DNA from: Deltaproteobacteria bacterium
Lineage (GTDB): Bacteria > Desulfobacterota > Binatia > HRBIN30 > JACQVA1
DNA length: 64,000 nucleotides
Direction of reading: 5' to 3'
Assembly: GCA_016178705.1 (NCBI GenBank)
Contig: JACOST010000028.1
Coordinates: forward strand, 516,951 to 580,950
The position numbers and the translations under genes were made by a program. This document shows positions 47,426-57,249 of the stretch, piece by piece. Within the stretch, counting starts at the first letter, position 1. Each line of letters begins with the position of its first letter. The notes under the pieces were generated by a model. That model saw only the letters and a list, made by a program, of their open reading frames with translations. It ran no database searches and was not told the DNA's origin.

Positions 47426-48250
47426 ATGCAACGCGTCGGACTAATTGCCGGCAACGGTCGCTTCCCGCTGATCTTCGCGGAAACCGCGCGCGCGGCCGGC
47501 TATGAAGTTGTCGCCGTGGCCCACGAGGGTGAAACGCCGCCCGAATTGAGCGCCGCCGTCGCCAGCATCACCTGGATTAAAGTCGGCGAATTGGAACGCA
47601 TGGTTCAGGCCTTCCGGTCGCATCAGATCACGCAGGCGGTGATGGCTGGCGGCATTCGCAAGGCGACGTTGCTCACGAACTTCGCGCCCGACGAGCGCGC
47701 CATGCGCTTCCTTGCGCGGCTCACCGCGTTCTCCGACGACACGCTGTTGCGCGGTGTGGCGGAGGAGCTCGAAAGTGAAGGCGTCCATATCGTCGACTCG
47801 ATGCCGTTCCTGGATTCCATCTGCACCACCGAAGGTGTGTTATCGGCGCGAGCGCCGGACGAGCGCCAGTGGCGCGACATTCGTTTCGGGTTTGATGTCG
47901 CCAAGGGTGTCGGCCGCTTTGACGTGGGGCAGAGCGTGGTCGTCCAGTCGGGGATGGTGCTGGCCGTCGAGGCGATCGAGGGCACCGATGCCGCGATGCA
48001 ACGCGCCGGGCAACTCGGAGCCCGCGGCGCCGTTGTGGTTAAGGCCAGCAAGCCGGGGCAAGATCTGCGCTTCGACGTGCCCGCCGTCGGACCCGGCACG
48101 GTGAACGTGGCGCGGGCGGCGGGGATTGCAGTGATCGCCCTCGAAGCCGGTCGGACGTTGATGCTCGACAAGGTCGCGTTTCTCGCCCAGGCCGATGCGG
48201 CCGATCTCGTCATCGTTGGAATCGCGGTTGGAGTCGCTCCCAGCCCATGA
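47426..48250 (+). CDS. lpxI: UDP-2,3-diacylglucosamine hydrolase LpxI (DUF1009)
   Basis: 274 aa. LpxI-like N-terminus MQRVGLIAGNGRFPLIFAE. Position between lpxA and lpxB. Confidence 0.75.
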   Translation: MQRVGLIAGNGRFPLIFAETARAAGYEVVAVAHEGETPPELSAAVASITWIKVGELERMVQAFRSHQITQAVMAGGIRKATLLTNFAPDERAMRFLARLTAFSDDTLLRGVAEELESEGVHIVDSMPFLDSICTTEGVLSARAPDERQWRDIRFGFDVAKGVGRFDVGQSVVVQSGMVLAVEAIEGTDAAMQRAGQLGARGAVVVKASKPGQDLRFDVPAVGPGTVNVARAAGIAVIALEAGRTLMLDKVAFLAQADAADLVIVGIAVGVAPSP

Positions 48251-49194
48251 CGCGCACCGGTTCATCTCCGCTGCGGGCCGCGGTGATCGGGGCGGGATAT
48301 CTCGGACCATTTCACGGCGACAAGTACGCGAGCTTGGAGAATGTCGAACTCGTCGGCATCGTCGACATCGATCCCACGCGCGCGGCCGAGTGCGCGCAAC
48401 GCTGTCATACGCGGGCGTTCACCGACTATCGCGCGCTGTTCAACCAAGTCGATTGCGTCAGCCTCGCCGTCCCGACCACGGCGCACGCGGTGATCGCGCG
48501 CGACCTGCTGCAGCACGGGATCGACGTGCTGGTCGAGAAACCGCTCACCGCGACGGTCGCTGAAGGGCGCGAGCTCGTCGCGGTGGCGGAAGCGTGCGGG
48601 CGTATTCTGCAGGTCGGACACCTCGAGCGGTTCAATCCCGCCATTCGTTCGCTCGCCGGCGTGTTGACGCAGCCGCGCTTCATCGAGTGCCATCGCCTCG
48701 CGTCGTTCGTCGAGCGCGGCACCGAAGTCGATGTCATTCTCGATCTGATGATTCACGACCTTGACGTGATCCTCAGCGTCGTGCGTGGCGAGGTGGAACG
48801 CATCGAGGCGGTGGGCGTGCCGGTGCTGACCGAACAGATCGACATCGCCAACGCGCGGCTCCGCTTCAGCAGCGGCTGCATCGCCAACGTGACCGCGAGT
48901 CGGGTGGCGACCAAGCGTGAACGCAAGATCAGGTTTTTCCAATCCGACACGTATGTCTCGGTCGACTACGACGCCAAGTACACGCGCATCCTGCGTCGGC
49001 GCGCGGGCGCGAGCGGTTCGCCCGAGATCGATGCGGAGGAACTCCAGTTCACCGACGCCGACTCGTTGCTGGCGGAGATCACGGACTTCGTCGACGCCGT
49101 CCGTCATCGTCGCGCGCCGGTGGTCGATGGACGCGCCGCGCTGCGCGCGCTCGAAGTCGCGCATCGCATCAAGGACGCCGTGGAAACCATATGA
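48247..49194 (+). CDS. Gfo/Idh/MocA family NAD(P)-dependent oxidoreductase
   Basis: Rossmann N-terminus (AVIGAGYLGPFH...) plus GFO_IDH_MocA C-terminal domain. ATGA overlap with lpxI. Confidence 0.8.
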   Translation: MTRTGSSPLRAAVIGAGYLGPFHGDKYASLENVELVGIVDIDPTRAAECAQRCHTRAFTDYRALFNQVDCVSLAVPTTAHAVIARDLLQHGIDVLVEKPLTATVAEGRELVAVAEACGRILQVGHLERFNPAIRSLAGVLTQPRFIECHRLASFVERGTEVDVILDLMIHDLDVILSVVRGEVERIEAVGVPVLTEQIDIANARLRFSSGCIANVTASRVATKRERKIRFFQSDTYVSVDYDAKYTRILRRRAGASGSPEIDAEELQFTDADSLLAEITDFVDAVRHRRAPVVDGRAALRALEVAHRIKDAVETI

Positions 49195-50342
49195 ACGACG
49201 GCCTCGCCGCCTCGTCTTCGGGGACGAAGCGCGTCTTGTTGGTTGCCGGTGAAGCCTCGGGTGATTTGCACGCTGCAGCCCTGGTTCTTGCGTTGCGTAA
49301 ACTGGATACGACCATTGAAGTGTCCGGCGTGGGTGGCCAGCATCTGCGCGCGGCCGGCATGCAGATCCTGGTCGATACGGCGCACGTCGCCACGATGGGG
49401 TTCACCGAGACTTTCGGCACACTCGGGCGGCTGCTCTCGACCTATCGCCGCTTGCTGCGCTTCCTCGACGAGCACAAGCCGCGGGTGGTGATCCTGGTCG
49501 ACTATCCCGAGTTCAACATGTTGTTGGCCCGGGCAGCGAAGCGCCGCGGCATCCGCGTATTCTACTTCATCGGCCCGCAAGTATGGGCGTGGCGGCGCGG
49601 GCGGGTGCGCAAGATCGTCGAGCGCATCGACCGCATGGCGGTGGTGTTTCCGTTCGAGCCCGAACTGTACAACGTCAACGGCAGATCGGTGGCGGAGTTC
49701 GTCGGCCATCCGCTCTTGGATCGCGTGCGCGTGACGGCATCACGCGCCGAGACGCTGGCGCGCCACGGGCTCGATCCCACCAAGCGCACGCTCGCGTTGT
49801 TGCCCGGCAGCCGCAAGAAGGAAGTGCGCCATCTGCTCGCGCCGAGCATCGCCGCGGCGCAACGTTTGATAGCCGAAGACGGGTGGCAGGCGATCGTGGC
49901 ACTGGCGCCAACGGTGAGCGTTGACGAACTGCGCGCGACGCTGGGTCGTGACGTGCCGATTCCAGTAGCCGTCGACGACACCTACAATGTCGTCGCCGCC
50001 GCGGATGCGGCGTTGGTGACCTCGGGCACCGCGACCCTCGAGACCGTCCTGCTCGGCTGCCCGATGGTGATCATGTATCGCGTATCGCCCGTGACCTTTG
50101 CGGTGGCGCGTCGATTGGTGCACCTCGATTACATCGGCATGCCGAACATCATTCTCGGCCGAGCGGTGTTTCCCGAGTTGCTTCAGCGGGCGGTCACTCC
50201 GGACGCGTTGGTGGCCGCAGTGCGCGGCCTAGCGGCGCGGCACGAGGAACACGTGGCGGCCTTGGCGACCGTTCGCTCACGTCTTGGCACGCCGGGGGCA
50301 GCGCAACGGGCCGCCGCTATGGTATTGGAGTTGGTGTCATGA
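49191..50342 (+). CDS. lpxB: lipid-A-disaccharide synthase LpxB
   Basis: GT19 family N-terminus (RVLLVAGEASGDLHAA) and overall length. Overlaps flanking genes by 4 nt. Confidence 0.85.
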   Translation: MNDGLAASSSGTKRVLLVAGEASGDLHAAALVLALRKLDTTIEVSGVGGQHLRAAGMQILVDTAHVATMGFTETFGTLGRLLSTYRRLLRFLDEHKPRVVILVDYPEFNMLLARAAKRRGIRVFYFIGPQVWAWRRGRVRKIVERIDRMAVVFPFEPELYNVNGRSVAEFVGHPLLDRVRVTASRAETLARHGLDPTKRTLALLPGSRKKEVRHLLAPSIAAAQRLIAEDGWQAIVALAPTVSVDELRATLGRDVPIPVAVDDTYNVVAAADAALVTSGTATLETVLLGCPMVIMYRVSPVTFAVARRLVHLDYIGMPNIILGRAVFPELLQRAVTPDALVAAVRGLAARHEEHVAALATVRSRLGTPGAAQRAAAMVLELVS

Positions 50343-52093
50343 GCCAGATGTATCGCCGCCTGCTCAAGTACCTGCGCCCGTACTGGTGGCCGCACTTCAC
50401 GCTCGCCGTCGTGTGCATGGTGTTCTACAGCGCCAGCAACGGCGTGATGCCGTTCCTGGTGCGCCATATCTTCGATGACGTGTTCACCAACAAGGACGCG
50501 CTGTCGCTCCAAGTGCTTCCCGGCATCATCATTGCCACCTTTCTGGCGCGGGGCCTGTTCGGGTTCGGCAATACCTACCTCACCGAATACGTCGGCCAAC
50601 GCATCATCGCCGATTTGCGCAACGAACTGAACGAGCACGTCCAGCGCCTGTCGCTGTCGTTCTTCAATCGCACTCCGACCGGCACGATTCTGTCTCGTAT
50701 CACCAACGACGTGGCGTTGGTGCGCTCGGCCCTCACCGACGCCGTCGCGTCGATTCTAAAGGACGCGACCTCGCTGCTGGTGTTGGTCGGGGTCGCCTTC
50801 TGGCAAGACTGGCTGCTGTCGCTGATCGCGTTCATCGTGTTCCCGGCCTCGGTGCTGCCGATCATCCGGCTCTCCAAGCGGTTGCGGGGCTTCAGCAAGA
50901 AGGGTCAGGTATCGATGGCCAACCTCACCGTCCTGCTGCAGGAAACGGTGCAGGGCAATCGCGTGGTGAAAGCGTTTGGGATGGAACAGTACGAGCAGCG
51001 CCGCTTCGCCGAGGAGAATGATCGCCTGTTCAAGTTGTCGATGAAGGCCACGCGCATCCGGGCATTCACGAACCCGATGATGGAAGTCCTGGCAGCGTTC
51101 GGGATCGCCGGCGTGGTCTGGTACGGCGGCCACAGCGTCATCGCCGGCGGCCGTACCCAGGGCTCGTTCCTAGCGTTCCTGACCGCGTTGTTTCTGCTCT
51201 ACGATCCGTTCAAAGCGCTGGCGAAGACCAACAACGTCGTGCAGCAAGGCCTCGCCGCCGCCGAGCGCGTCTTCGAGTTGCTCGACACCGAGACCGACGT
51301 GCCCGAGCACGCCGACGGCCGACCGATGGGTCTGCTACGCGATGGTATCGAGTTTCAGCATGTCGGCTTTCGCTACGATCACGACCTCGTGTTGAACGAC
51401 GTGAACCTCAAGATCATGCGTGGAGAGTTGGTGGCGCTGGTGGGGACGAGCGGTGGCGGCAAAAGCACGCTCGCCGACTTGGTGCTGCGGTTTTACGACG
51501 TCACAGAAGGCGTCATCAAAATCGACAGTGTGCCGGTGCGGGACTTCAGCCTGCAGAGCCTGCGCGCGCAGATCGCGCTGGTCACGCAGCATACGTTTCT
51601 CTTCAACGACACGGTGCGGAGCAATATCGCGTACGGCAACATCGACTGCGGCATGGACGCCATCATGGCGGCGGCCCGGGCGGCCAACGCGCACGACTTC
51701 ATCACGGACTTGCCCAACGGCTACGACACCGTGATCGGCGAGCTCGGCTTCAAACTCTCGGGCGGCCAACGTCAACGGCTCGCGATCGCGCGGGCGTTGT
51801 TGAAGAACGCGCCGATTCTGGTGTTGGACGAAGCCACCTCGGCGCTCGATAACGAGTCGGAGCGGCTCGTGCAGGTCGCGCTCGAAACGCTGATGGCGGG
51901 GCGCACCACGCTGGTGATCGCTCACCGGCTTTCGACCATCCGCCGCGCCGACAAGATCGTCGTGCTCTCCGGCGGCCGGGTGATAGAGCAGGGCACGCAT
52001 GATGAGCTGCTCGCGCTCAATGCCGAGTATCGCAAGTTGCACGATCTGCAATTCGAAGAGCCCGAGTCGTCGGGCGCCAAGCTGCTGCACTGA
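50339..52093 (+). CDS. msbA: lipid A export ABC transporter (permease/ATPase fusion) MsbA
   Basis: 6-TM ABC exporter domain plus NBD (GTSGGGKST, LSGGQRQRLAIARA, ILVLDEATSALD). Confidence 0.85.
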   Translation: MSQMYRRLLKYLRPYWWPHFTLAVVCMVFYSASNGVMPFLVRHIFDDVFTNKDALSLQVLPGIIIATFLARGLFGFGNTYLTEYVGQRIIADLRNELNEHVQRLSLSFFNRTPTGTILSRITNDVALVRSALTDAVASILKDATSLLVLVGVAFWQDWLLSLIAFIVFPASVLPIIRLSKRLRGFSKKGQVSMANLTVLLQETVQGNRVVKAFGMEQYEQRRFAEENDRLFKLSMKATRIRAFTNPMMEVLAAFGIAGVVWYGGHSVIAGGRTQGSFLAFLTALFLLYDPFKALAKTNNVVQQGLAAAERVFELLDTETDVPEHADGRPMGLLRDGIEFQHVGFRYDHDLVLNDVNLKIMRGELVALVGTSGGGKSTLADLVLRFYDVTEGVIKIDSVPVRDFSLQSLRAQIALVTQHTFLFNDTVRSNIAYGNIDCGMDAIMAAARAANAHDFITDLPNGYDTVIGELGFKLSGGQRQRLAIARALLKNAPILVLDEATSALDNESERLVQVALETLMAGRTTLVIAHRLSTIRRADKIVVLSGGRVIEQGTHDELLALNAEYRKLHDLQFEEPESSGAKLLH

Positions 52094-52770
52094 TGCGGTC
52101 GCGAAGAAAGTTGCGCGAGCGGCTGCTCGGGATGCTGGTGGTGGTTGCACCGATGCTACTGAGCGGGGCGCTCTGGCTGGTGGCCAAGACGATTCGAGTC
52201 GAGTATCGCGGTGCCGAGCCGCTGTTCGAGTGCTGGCGGCGCGGCGAGAAGGTGATCATCGCCTTCTGGCACAACCGATCCGTGCTCATGCCGGTGCCAT
52301 ATCGCGGCGAGAAGATGTGCATCATGAATAGCCAGCACCGCGACGGCGAGATCGCCACACGCGCGCTCGCGCGTTGGGGCATTCGTTCCGTGCGTGGCTC
52401 GGCGACGCGTGGCGGAGCCACCGGGTTCCTGCAACTCGTCAACGCCTATCGTGAGGGATACGATCTGGCGGTGGTACCCGACGGACCGCGCGGTCCACGC
52501 TACGTCGTGAAGCCCGGCGTGATCCATCTCGCCAAAGCCACCGGCGCACGCATCTTTCCGGTTACCTACGCTGCGGGTTGGCGGAAGCAGCTGCGCAGTT
52601 GGGATCGGCTGATCATTCCTCTCCCATTTTCGCGCGTGACGTTCATCATTGGTGCACCGATTGAAGTGGATCGGCACGCCGACGAGGGCGAAGTCGAGCG
52701 CCAGCGCGGCGCGCTTGAACAGCACCTCAACGCCATCACCGCGAGTGCCGATCAGGCGTTGGCCGCTTGA
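52093..52770 (+). CDS. DUF374-domain protein (lysophospholipid acyltransferase-like, lipid A/Kdo locus-associated)
   Basis: 225 aa with N-terminal TM helix. Conserved position between msbA and kdtA. Confidence 0.65.
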   Translation: MRSRRKLRERLLGMLVVVAPMLLSGALWLVAKTIRVEYRGAEPLFECWRRGEKVIIAFWHNRSVLMPVPYRGEKMCIMNSQHRDGEIATRALARWGIRSVRGSATRGGATGFLQLVNAYREGYDLAVVPDGPRGPRYVVKPGVIHLAKATGARIFPVTYAAGWRKQLRSWDRLIIPLPFSRVTFIIGAPIEVDRHADEGEVERQRGALEQHLNAITASADQALAA

Positions 52771-52787
52771 CGAATCTGTCGAGAGTG

Positions 52788-54089
52788 ATGCCGCGCACGA
52801 TGAGGCGGACAATGAGCAGGTTGGCCTACGATGCCCTCGGTGCGGTGGTGACAGTGGTCGCCACGCCGGTGCTGCCGGTGGTGGCGCTCACGCGGCATGG
52901 CAGCGGGCTCGGCGAACGTCTCGGCGTGCTGCCCGAATCCGTGCGCGCCCTCGCCGGACGCGGCGCGATCTGGATTCACGCCGCCTCGGTGGGCGAGGTG
53001 CACGCGGCGGCGCCGTTGATTGAGGCGCTGCACGCGCGCCAGCGCGGACGGCCGATTCTGGTCACCACGACCAGCCGCACCGGGCGCGAGCAGGCACGCG
53101 GCCTTGCCGGGGTCGCCGCCGCGATGCTGTTGCCGGTCGACATCCGCTGGATCGTGGCGCGCGTGGTCCGTTTCGTTGCGCCGTCCGTCCTCGTGATCGT
53201 CGAGACCGAAATTTGGCCCGCACTATTGCACGCGGCGGCGGATGCCGGCGTGCCGGTGGTGATGGTCAGTGGCTGCATTTCGGATCGCAGTGTGGCGCGG
53301 TTCGGCTTCATGGGGACCGTTGTGGGGCCATTGATGCGCGATGCGCTTGCGCGGGTCACGGAGTTCGGGATGCAGACCGCGGCCGATGCCGACCGCATGA
53401 TGGCGTTGGGCGCGCCACCCGATCGCGTGCGTGTGACCGGGAGTTTGAAATACGCCCGCTTGGCCCCGGCGCAATTGCCCGACGTACCTCATCCGCTACC
53501 TGGGTTGGCGGGCCGTCCGTTGTTGATCGCAGCGAGTACGCAGCCTGGTGAAGAACAGGTGGTGATCGAAGCCTGCGCCGGACTTTGGTCCGCATACCCC
53601 GACTGCGTGTTGCTGCTGGCGCCACGCCGGCCCGAGCGCTTTGACGAAGTGGATCGCTTGCTGCAGCAAGCCGGCGTGCGCCGGCAGCGGCGCAGTGATC
53701 TCGGATCGGCGGTGCGGCCCGACACCCAGGCGGTTTTGCTCGATTCGGTCGGCGAACTGGCCGGCCTGTTGCCGACGGCGCGCGCCGTGTTCGTCGGGGG
53801 CACGCTCGCACCGTTGGGCGGACACAACGTGCTCGAACCCGCGGCAGCCGGCGTGCCGGTCTGCTTTGGCCCGTGCACGGAGAACGTCGCCGAGGCGGCG
53901 ACGGCGTTGCTTGTCGGTGGCGGGGCTACGCTCGTCCACGACGCCAACGAGTTGCGCGCGCTGTGGCGACGATTGCTCGCGGATGAAGGGGAGGCTCGCG
54001 CGATAGGCGCGCGCGCCTTGGCGGTGGTGCGCGCGCGCGCGGCAGTGATCGAAGATACCGTGGCGCTGGTGGAGCGGGCGCTCCGATGA
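52788..54089 (+). CDS. kdtA: 3-deoxy-D-manno-octulosonic acid transferase KdtA/WaaA
   Basis: GT30 family (IWIHAASVGEV...). First ATG chosen. The ORF opens at a TTG at 52767 overlapping the upstream stop. Confidence 0.8.
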   Translation: MPRTMRRTMSRLAYDALGAVVTVVATPVLPVVALTRHGSGLGERLGVLPESVRALAGRGAIWIHAASVGEVHAAAPLIEALHARQRGRPILVTTTSRTGREQARGLAGVAAAMLLPVDIRWIVARVVRFVAPSVLVIVETEIWPALLHAAADAGVPVVMVSGCISDRSVARFGFMGTVVGPLMRDALARVTEFGMQTAADADRMMALGAPPDRVRVTGSLKYARLAPAQLPDVPHPLPGLAGRPLLIAASTQPGEEQVVIEACAGLWSAYPDCVLLLAPRRPERFDEVDRLLQQAGVRRQRRSDLGSAVRPDTQAVLLDSVGELAGLLPTARAVFVGGTLAPLGGHNVLEPAAAGVPVCFGPCTENVAEAATALLVGGGATLVHDANELRALWRRLLADEGEARAIGARALAVVRARAAVIEDTVALVERALR

Positions 54090-55183
54090 CCGTTGCCCGA
54101 CGCGTGCGCGAATCGGTGTGGCCGCGACGTGGCGTCGCCGGCTGGATCGGGTGGTTGGCGCTGCGGCCGCTGGCGAGCGTCTTCGGCGTCGCGGTGAGCG
54201 CCCGCAATCTCGGCTATCGCGTCGGTGTGTTGCGCACGGCGCACGCACCGCTGCCGGTGGTCAGCATCGGCAACCTTACGGTCGGTGGAACCGGCAAAAC
54301 GCCGATGACGCTGTGGCTGGCGGACACCTTGCGGTTGCGCGATTGTCGCCCCGCGATCTTGCTGCGCGGCTATCGCGGGAGTGCCGATGGAGTGACCGTG
54401 GTGTCGGAGGGACAGGGGCCGCTGGTGAGTGTCGAGGATGTTGGTGACGAGGCGGTGATGCTGGCGCGCCGTTTCGCCGGCGTCGTGCTCACCGCGCGCC
54501 GCCGGATCGACGGTGCGCGACGCGCCGCGGAACTTGGCTGCAGCTTGCTCCTGCTCGACGACGGATTTCAACATCGCGCGTTGGCGCGCGACTTCGACGT
54601 GGTGTTGGTGAGCGAGATGCGCGGACCGTTGCTGCCTGCCGGCCCGAATCGCGAACGGCCAAGCGCGTTGCGGCGCGCCGATGCCATCGTCGCGATCGGC
54701 AGCGACGGCGAGCGGACGGCGCCGACGTTGCCGCGCAGCGTGGCCAACAAGCCATTCTTTCATGGGCGGTTTGTGCCGAGCGGGTTGATCACGTCTGATG
54801 CGGGCATGTGGCGCGAGTTGCCGCTCGCCGACCTCGCCGGGCGGCGGGTCGCGGCGGTGGCGGGCATCGGGTCGCCCGATCGCTTCTACCGGCTGCTCCA
54901 CCAACTGGAGGCGCAACTGGAAGAGATCATCGAATACCCGGATCACCACCGCTACACACGCGCGGATTGGCAAGAGATCACGCGCCGCACGCGCAACCTG
55001 GATTTGGTGGTGACGACGGAGAAGGACCTGGTGAAGCTGGAGGCCTTTCCCTTTGCAAGAGGTAAACTGGTTGCGCTACGAATTACCGCGGAAGTCGACC
55101 GCGGCGACGAATTGGTCGAGCTGATGCTGGCTCGCGCCGAAACCAGCGCCGCGACTGTAGGAGGAACCCATGGCGATCAGTAA
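54086..55183 (+). CDS. lpxK: tetraacyldisaccharide 4'-kinase LpxK
   Basis: P-loop VSIGNLTVGGTGKTP. ATGA overlap with kdtA. Confidence 0.85.
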   Translation: MTVARRVRESVWPRRGVAGWIGWLALRPLASVFGVAVSARNLGYRVGVLRTAHAPLPVVSIGNLTVGGTGKTPMTLWLADTLRLRDCRPAILLRGYRGSADGVTVVSEGQGPLVSVEDVGDEAVMLARRFAGVVLTARRRIDGARRAAELGCSLLLLDDGFQHRALARDFDVVLVSEMRGPLLPAGPNRERPSALRRADAIVAIGSDGERTAPTLPRSVANKPFFHGRFVPSGLITSDAGMWRELPLADLAGRRVAAVAGIGSPDRFYRLLHQLEAQLEEIIEYPDHHRYTRADWQEITRRTRNLDLVVTTEKDLVKLEAFPFARGKLVALRITAEVDRGDELVELMLARAETSAATVGGTHGDQ

Positions 55184-55343
55184 GGAACTATTGGACATCC
55201 TGGCGTGCCCCAAGTGCAAGGGCGAGATTCATCTGACCCCAAAGGAAGACGGCTTGGTGTGCAACGCGTGCAAGCTGTTGTACCCGATCAAGGATGACAT
55301 CCCGATCATGCTGATCGACGAGGCGATTCGAATGGAATCGTGA
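55170..55343 (+). CDS. Trm112/YcaR-like small zinc-ribbon protein (DUF343)
   Basis: 57 aa, not in ORF track. MAISKELLDILACPKCKGEIHLTPKEDGLVCNACKLLYPIKDDIPIMLIDEAIRMES. ATG overlaps the last codons of lpxK, with GGAGGAA RBS. Confidence 0.7.
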   Translation: MAISKELLDILACPKCKGEIHLTPKEDGLVCNACKLLYPIKDDIPIMLIDEAIRMES

Positions 55344-55435
55344 AGCGTGAAGCGTGAGTCGTGAGACGTGAGCCGAGCTTGGGACACGTCTACATCGGGA
55401 CAATTCACGAGTCACGACTCACCACTCACGCCGCC
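55341..55435. repeat. inverted heptamer arrays (GTGARNC)x5 ... (CACNANT)x4 forming a long imperfect hairpin
   Basis: gtgaagc gtgaagc gtgagtc gtgagac gtgagcc, then a ~30-nt spacer, then cacgagt cacgact caccact cacgccg. The blocks are approximate reverse complements. Confidence 0.45.
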
Positions 55436-55439
55436 CGCC

Positions 55440-56498
55440 ATGCGCATCGTAGTTGCCCAGACCAGCTTCCTCGGCGACGTGGTGCTGAGCACTCCGGTGT
55501 TCGCGGCACTCAAACGGCGCTGGCCCGAGAGTCACCTCACCGCGTGGCTGCGACCCGAGGCGGCTGCCGTGCTCGCGGGTCATCCGCACGTTGATGCGGT
55601 GCTGGTTGACGACAAGCGCGGTGCCGACCGCGGGCTGCGCGGTCTCATGCGATTGCGCGCGCGACTGCGTGCTGAACGCTTTGATCTCGCGGTCGCACTC
55701 CACAAGTCTCTGCGTACCGCCGTGCTGCTCGCGCTGGCCGGGGTGCCGCGACGAGTCGGCTTCCGCCAAAGTGCGGGCTGGTTTCTTTATCCTGAGCGCG
55801 TGAATCGCGACCCGACCTGTCACGACGTGGAACGCAATCTGTCGATCGTATCGGCGCTAGGCATCGATCCTAAGCAGGGGTCGCCACGGCTGTTGGTGGT
55901 ACCGACCAGCAGCGCGTGCGATCGTGTCGCGGCGTTGTTGCGGGAGGCGAACGTTGGCGAACAGCAGCCACTCGTTGGAATCGCCCCGGGATCGACGTGG
56001 GCGACGAAACGATGGACAGTCGAAGGCTACGCCGAGGCAGTGCGCTCACTCGCCGCCGAAGGCTATGGCGTGCTCCTGTTCGGCGCACCGAACGAGGGTG
56101 GGATCGCTGACCGGGTTAACCAAATGGCTGGTGGCGTCGCGCTGAACCTGGTGGGTCGCACCGACGTGGGCATGTTGGTGGCGGCGATCGATCGTGTCCA
56201 AGTATTGCTGTGCAACGACAGCGCGCCGATGCACATCGCGGTCGCGCGTGACATCCCGGTGGTCGCGGTATTCGGCCCGACGCATCCGCAGCAAGGCTAT
56301 GGTCCGTACAGCGTTCGCGCGACCGTGGTGCAGCGTGACGATCTCGATTGTCGGCCGTGCGGTCGCCATGGTGCCGCCGTCTGTCCGATCGCGACCCACG
56401 CGTGCATGGTCGGGATCAATGCAGCGACGGTACTCGCGGCGGCGCGCCGCCTTCTCGATGCGCGCGTGGTGGCGCGCCCTCACTTGGTTGCTCCGTGA
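55440..56498 (+). CDS. GT9 ADP-heptose--LPS heptosyltransferase (WaaF/RfaF-like)
   Basis: GT9 pattern (MRIVVAQTSFLGDVVLSTPVF...; C-terminal ...GNDSAPMHIA...). Confidence 0.8.
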   Translation: MRIVVAQTSFLGDVVLSTPVFAALKRRWPESHLTAWLRPEAAAVLAGHPHVDAVLVDDKRGADRGLRGLMRLRARLRAERFDLAVALHKSLRTAVLLALAGVPRRVGFRQSAGWFLYPERVNRDPTCHDVERNLSIVSALGIDPKQGSPRLLVVPTSSACDRVAALLREANVGEQQPLVGIAPGSTWATKRWTVEGYAEAVRSLAAEGYGVLLFGAPNEGGIADRVNQMAGGVALNLVGRTDVGMLVAAIDRVQVLLCNDSAPMHIAVARDIPVVAVFGPTHPQQGYGPYSVRATVVQRDDLDCRPCGRHGAAVCPIATHACMVGINAATVLAAARRLLDARVVARPHLVAP

Positions 56499-57247
56499 GC
56501 GCGCGGCGCGAGCTGCCCCGTGGTTTCGAGTTGATCCGGGACGGGCGGGTTGAGATGGAGGTGCGCACCGATGTGCGCGCGCCCGTCCTCGAATTGCTCC
56601 AACAATGGGCAGCGAATGCGATGCCGGTGGCCTCGCGGTCACTCGCCGGTGGCCGCGGCGGCATTGCGGTGTTCGACCTGGCGCCTTCGCTGGCGGTCGT
56701 GCTGAGGCCAGGTCGCCGTGGCGGCTGGGTCGGCCGCTTCAATCGCGGCCTGTATCTCGGCTTCGAGCCGCGCCCGTTCAGTGAATTGGCGGTCGCCGAG
56801 ATCATCCGCGCGCGTGGCGTGCCGACGGTCGAAGTACTCGGTGCGGCGGTGAACTGGCGCGCGCCTGGCTGCTATCAAGGCGCGGTCATCAGCCGCGAAG
56901 TCCCGCAGGCGGTCAATCTGTGGCAGTACCTCAACTCGATCGGTGCGAGTGAGCGAGTGCGCATCTGCGCGGTGGCTGCACAGGTGACACGCCGGCTCCA
57001 CGATGCCGGTGCCATTCATCCTGATCTGAATCTGCAGAACTACTTGGTGCGGCGCGGGGCAGCCGGAGTCGAGGTGATGATCATCGACTGCGACGGTGTG
57101 CGACTGCGGCCGGCGTTTGATCGGGATCGCCAGGCGGCGCTCGCGCGGCTGCTCCGCTCGGTGCACCGTCTCGATTCATCGTCACGAATCGTCACTGGCG
57201 AATGCATCGAGGCGCTGCGAGCCATCGGCGTAGCGGACGGGACGTGA
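56495..57247 (+). CDS. kdkA: Kdo/LPS kinase (KdkA/WaaP-type lipopolysaccharide kinase family)
   Basis: Protein-kinase-like catalytic loop IHPDLNLQNYLV...DCDG. GTG start overlapping the heptosyltransferase stop (GTGA). Confidence 0.6.
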   Translation: MSARRELPRGFELIRDGRVEMEVRTDVRAPVLELLQQWAANAMPVASRSLAGGRGGIAVFDLAPSLAVVLRPGRRGGWVGRFNRGLYLGFEPRPFSELAVAEIIRARGVPTVEVLGAAVNWRAPGCYQGAVISREVPQAVNLWQYLNSIGASERVRICAVAAQVTRRLHDAGAIHPDLNLQNYLVRRGAAGVEVMIIDCDGVRLRPAFDRDRQAALARLLRSVHRLDSSSRIVTGECIEALRAIGVADGT

Positions 57248-57249
57248 GT

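Noticed and set aside
53489-54973. 494-aa minus-strand ORF antisense to kdtA and lpxK
   Set aside because: Arg/Ala/Pro-rich. Overlaps two tightly coupled plus-strand genes with clear P-loop and GT30 motifs.
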